This document shows positions 63,728 to 64,000 of a DNA stretch of 64,000 nucleotides, piece by piece (position 1 is the first letter of the stretch; every line of letters starts with the position of its first letter). The position numbers were made by a program, and so were the translations under genes. The DNA comes from Octopus bimaculoides (lineage: Eukaryota), in the NCBI RefSeq assembly GCF_001194135.2, contig NC_068983.1:48679007-48743006 (forward strand). Reading direction: 5' to 3'. Under the pieces are notes generated by a model. That model made no database searches. It saw only the letters and a program-made list of their open reading frames with translations, and was not told the origin of the DNA.

Positions 63728-64000
63728 TGCCCATTGAATGAAAGAAGAGGGAACTTTTATAGAATTTTGCAAGAGGAAATCAGTAATGAGAAAATAAAAA
63801 TGGGAATTATAAATCAAAATATTCATGGTAAAATGTGAGGTTTGATACAGACATAAAACTTGATTTATTTCGTAGTATTATTCTTAACAAGAATTCTAAA
63901 AACTAAACATAGCAGGAAAGTTCAACAATTCCATAAATTTTCACAATGAGATGTGTGTCAAATTAAAGATAGAATTGTTTGCCGTATAGTATTCACAAAC

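Overview
AT-rich, microsatellite-dense eukaryotic scaffold with eight N-gaps. Its SINE families match those I recognise from octopod (Octopus) genomes; that assignment is an inference from repeat sequence, not a database result. Almost all ORF-track entries are microsatellite artefacts. The only well-supported host-gene piece is a minus-strand exon at 246-507 with strong splice sites, encoding a signal-peptide/TM-like N-terminus swollen by a 52-codon (ATT)n poly-Ile tract; most of the window is probably intronic or upstream of that gene. The rest is a transposon graveyard: at least four tRNA-derived SINE families, RTE, CR1-like and R4/Dong-like LINE remnants, mariner/Tc1 relics and three Penelope-like (PLE) fragments. 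The most striking signal is a tRNA-headed SINE-like element carrying a minimal type I hammerhead ribozyme of the PLE kind, present at three loci (about 28.0-28.4, 30.8-31.1 and 53.9-54.2 kb), each time with a head-to-head inverted partner or stub. Other items worth checking: a 4.7 kb inverted/direct-repeat module around an orphan reading frame (15.1-19.8 kb) and a decayed class A GPCR (25.1-25.8 kb).
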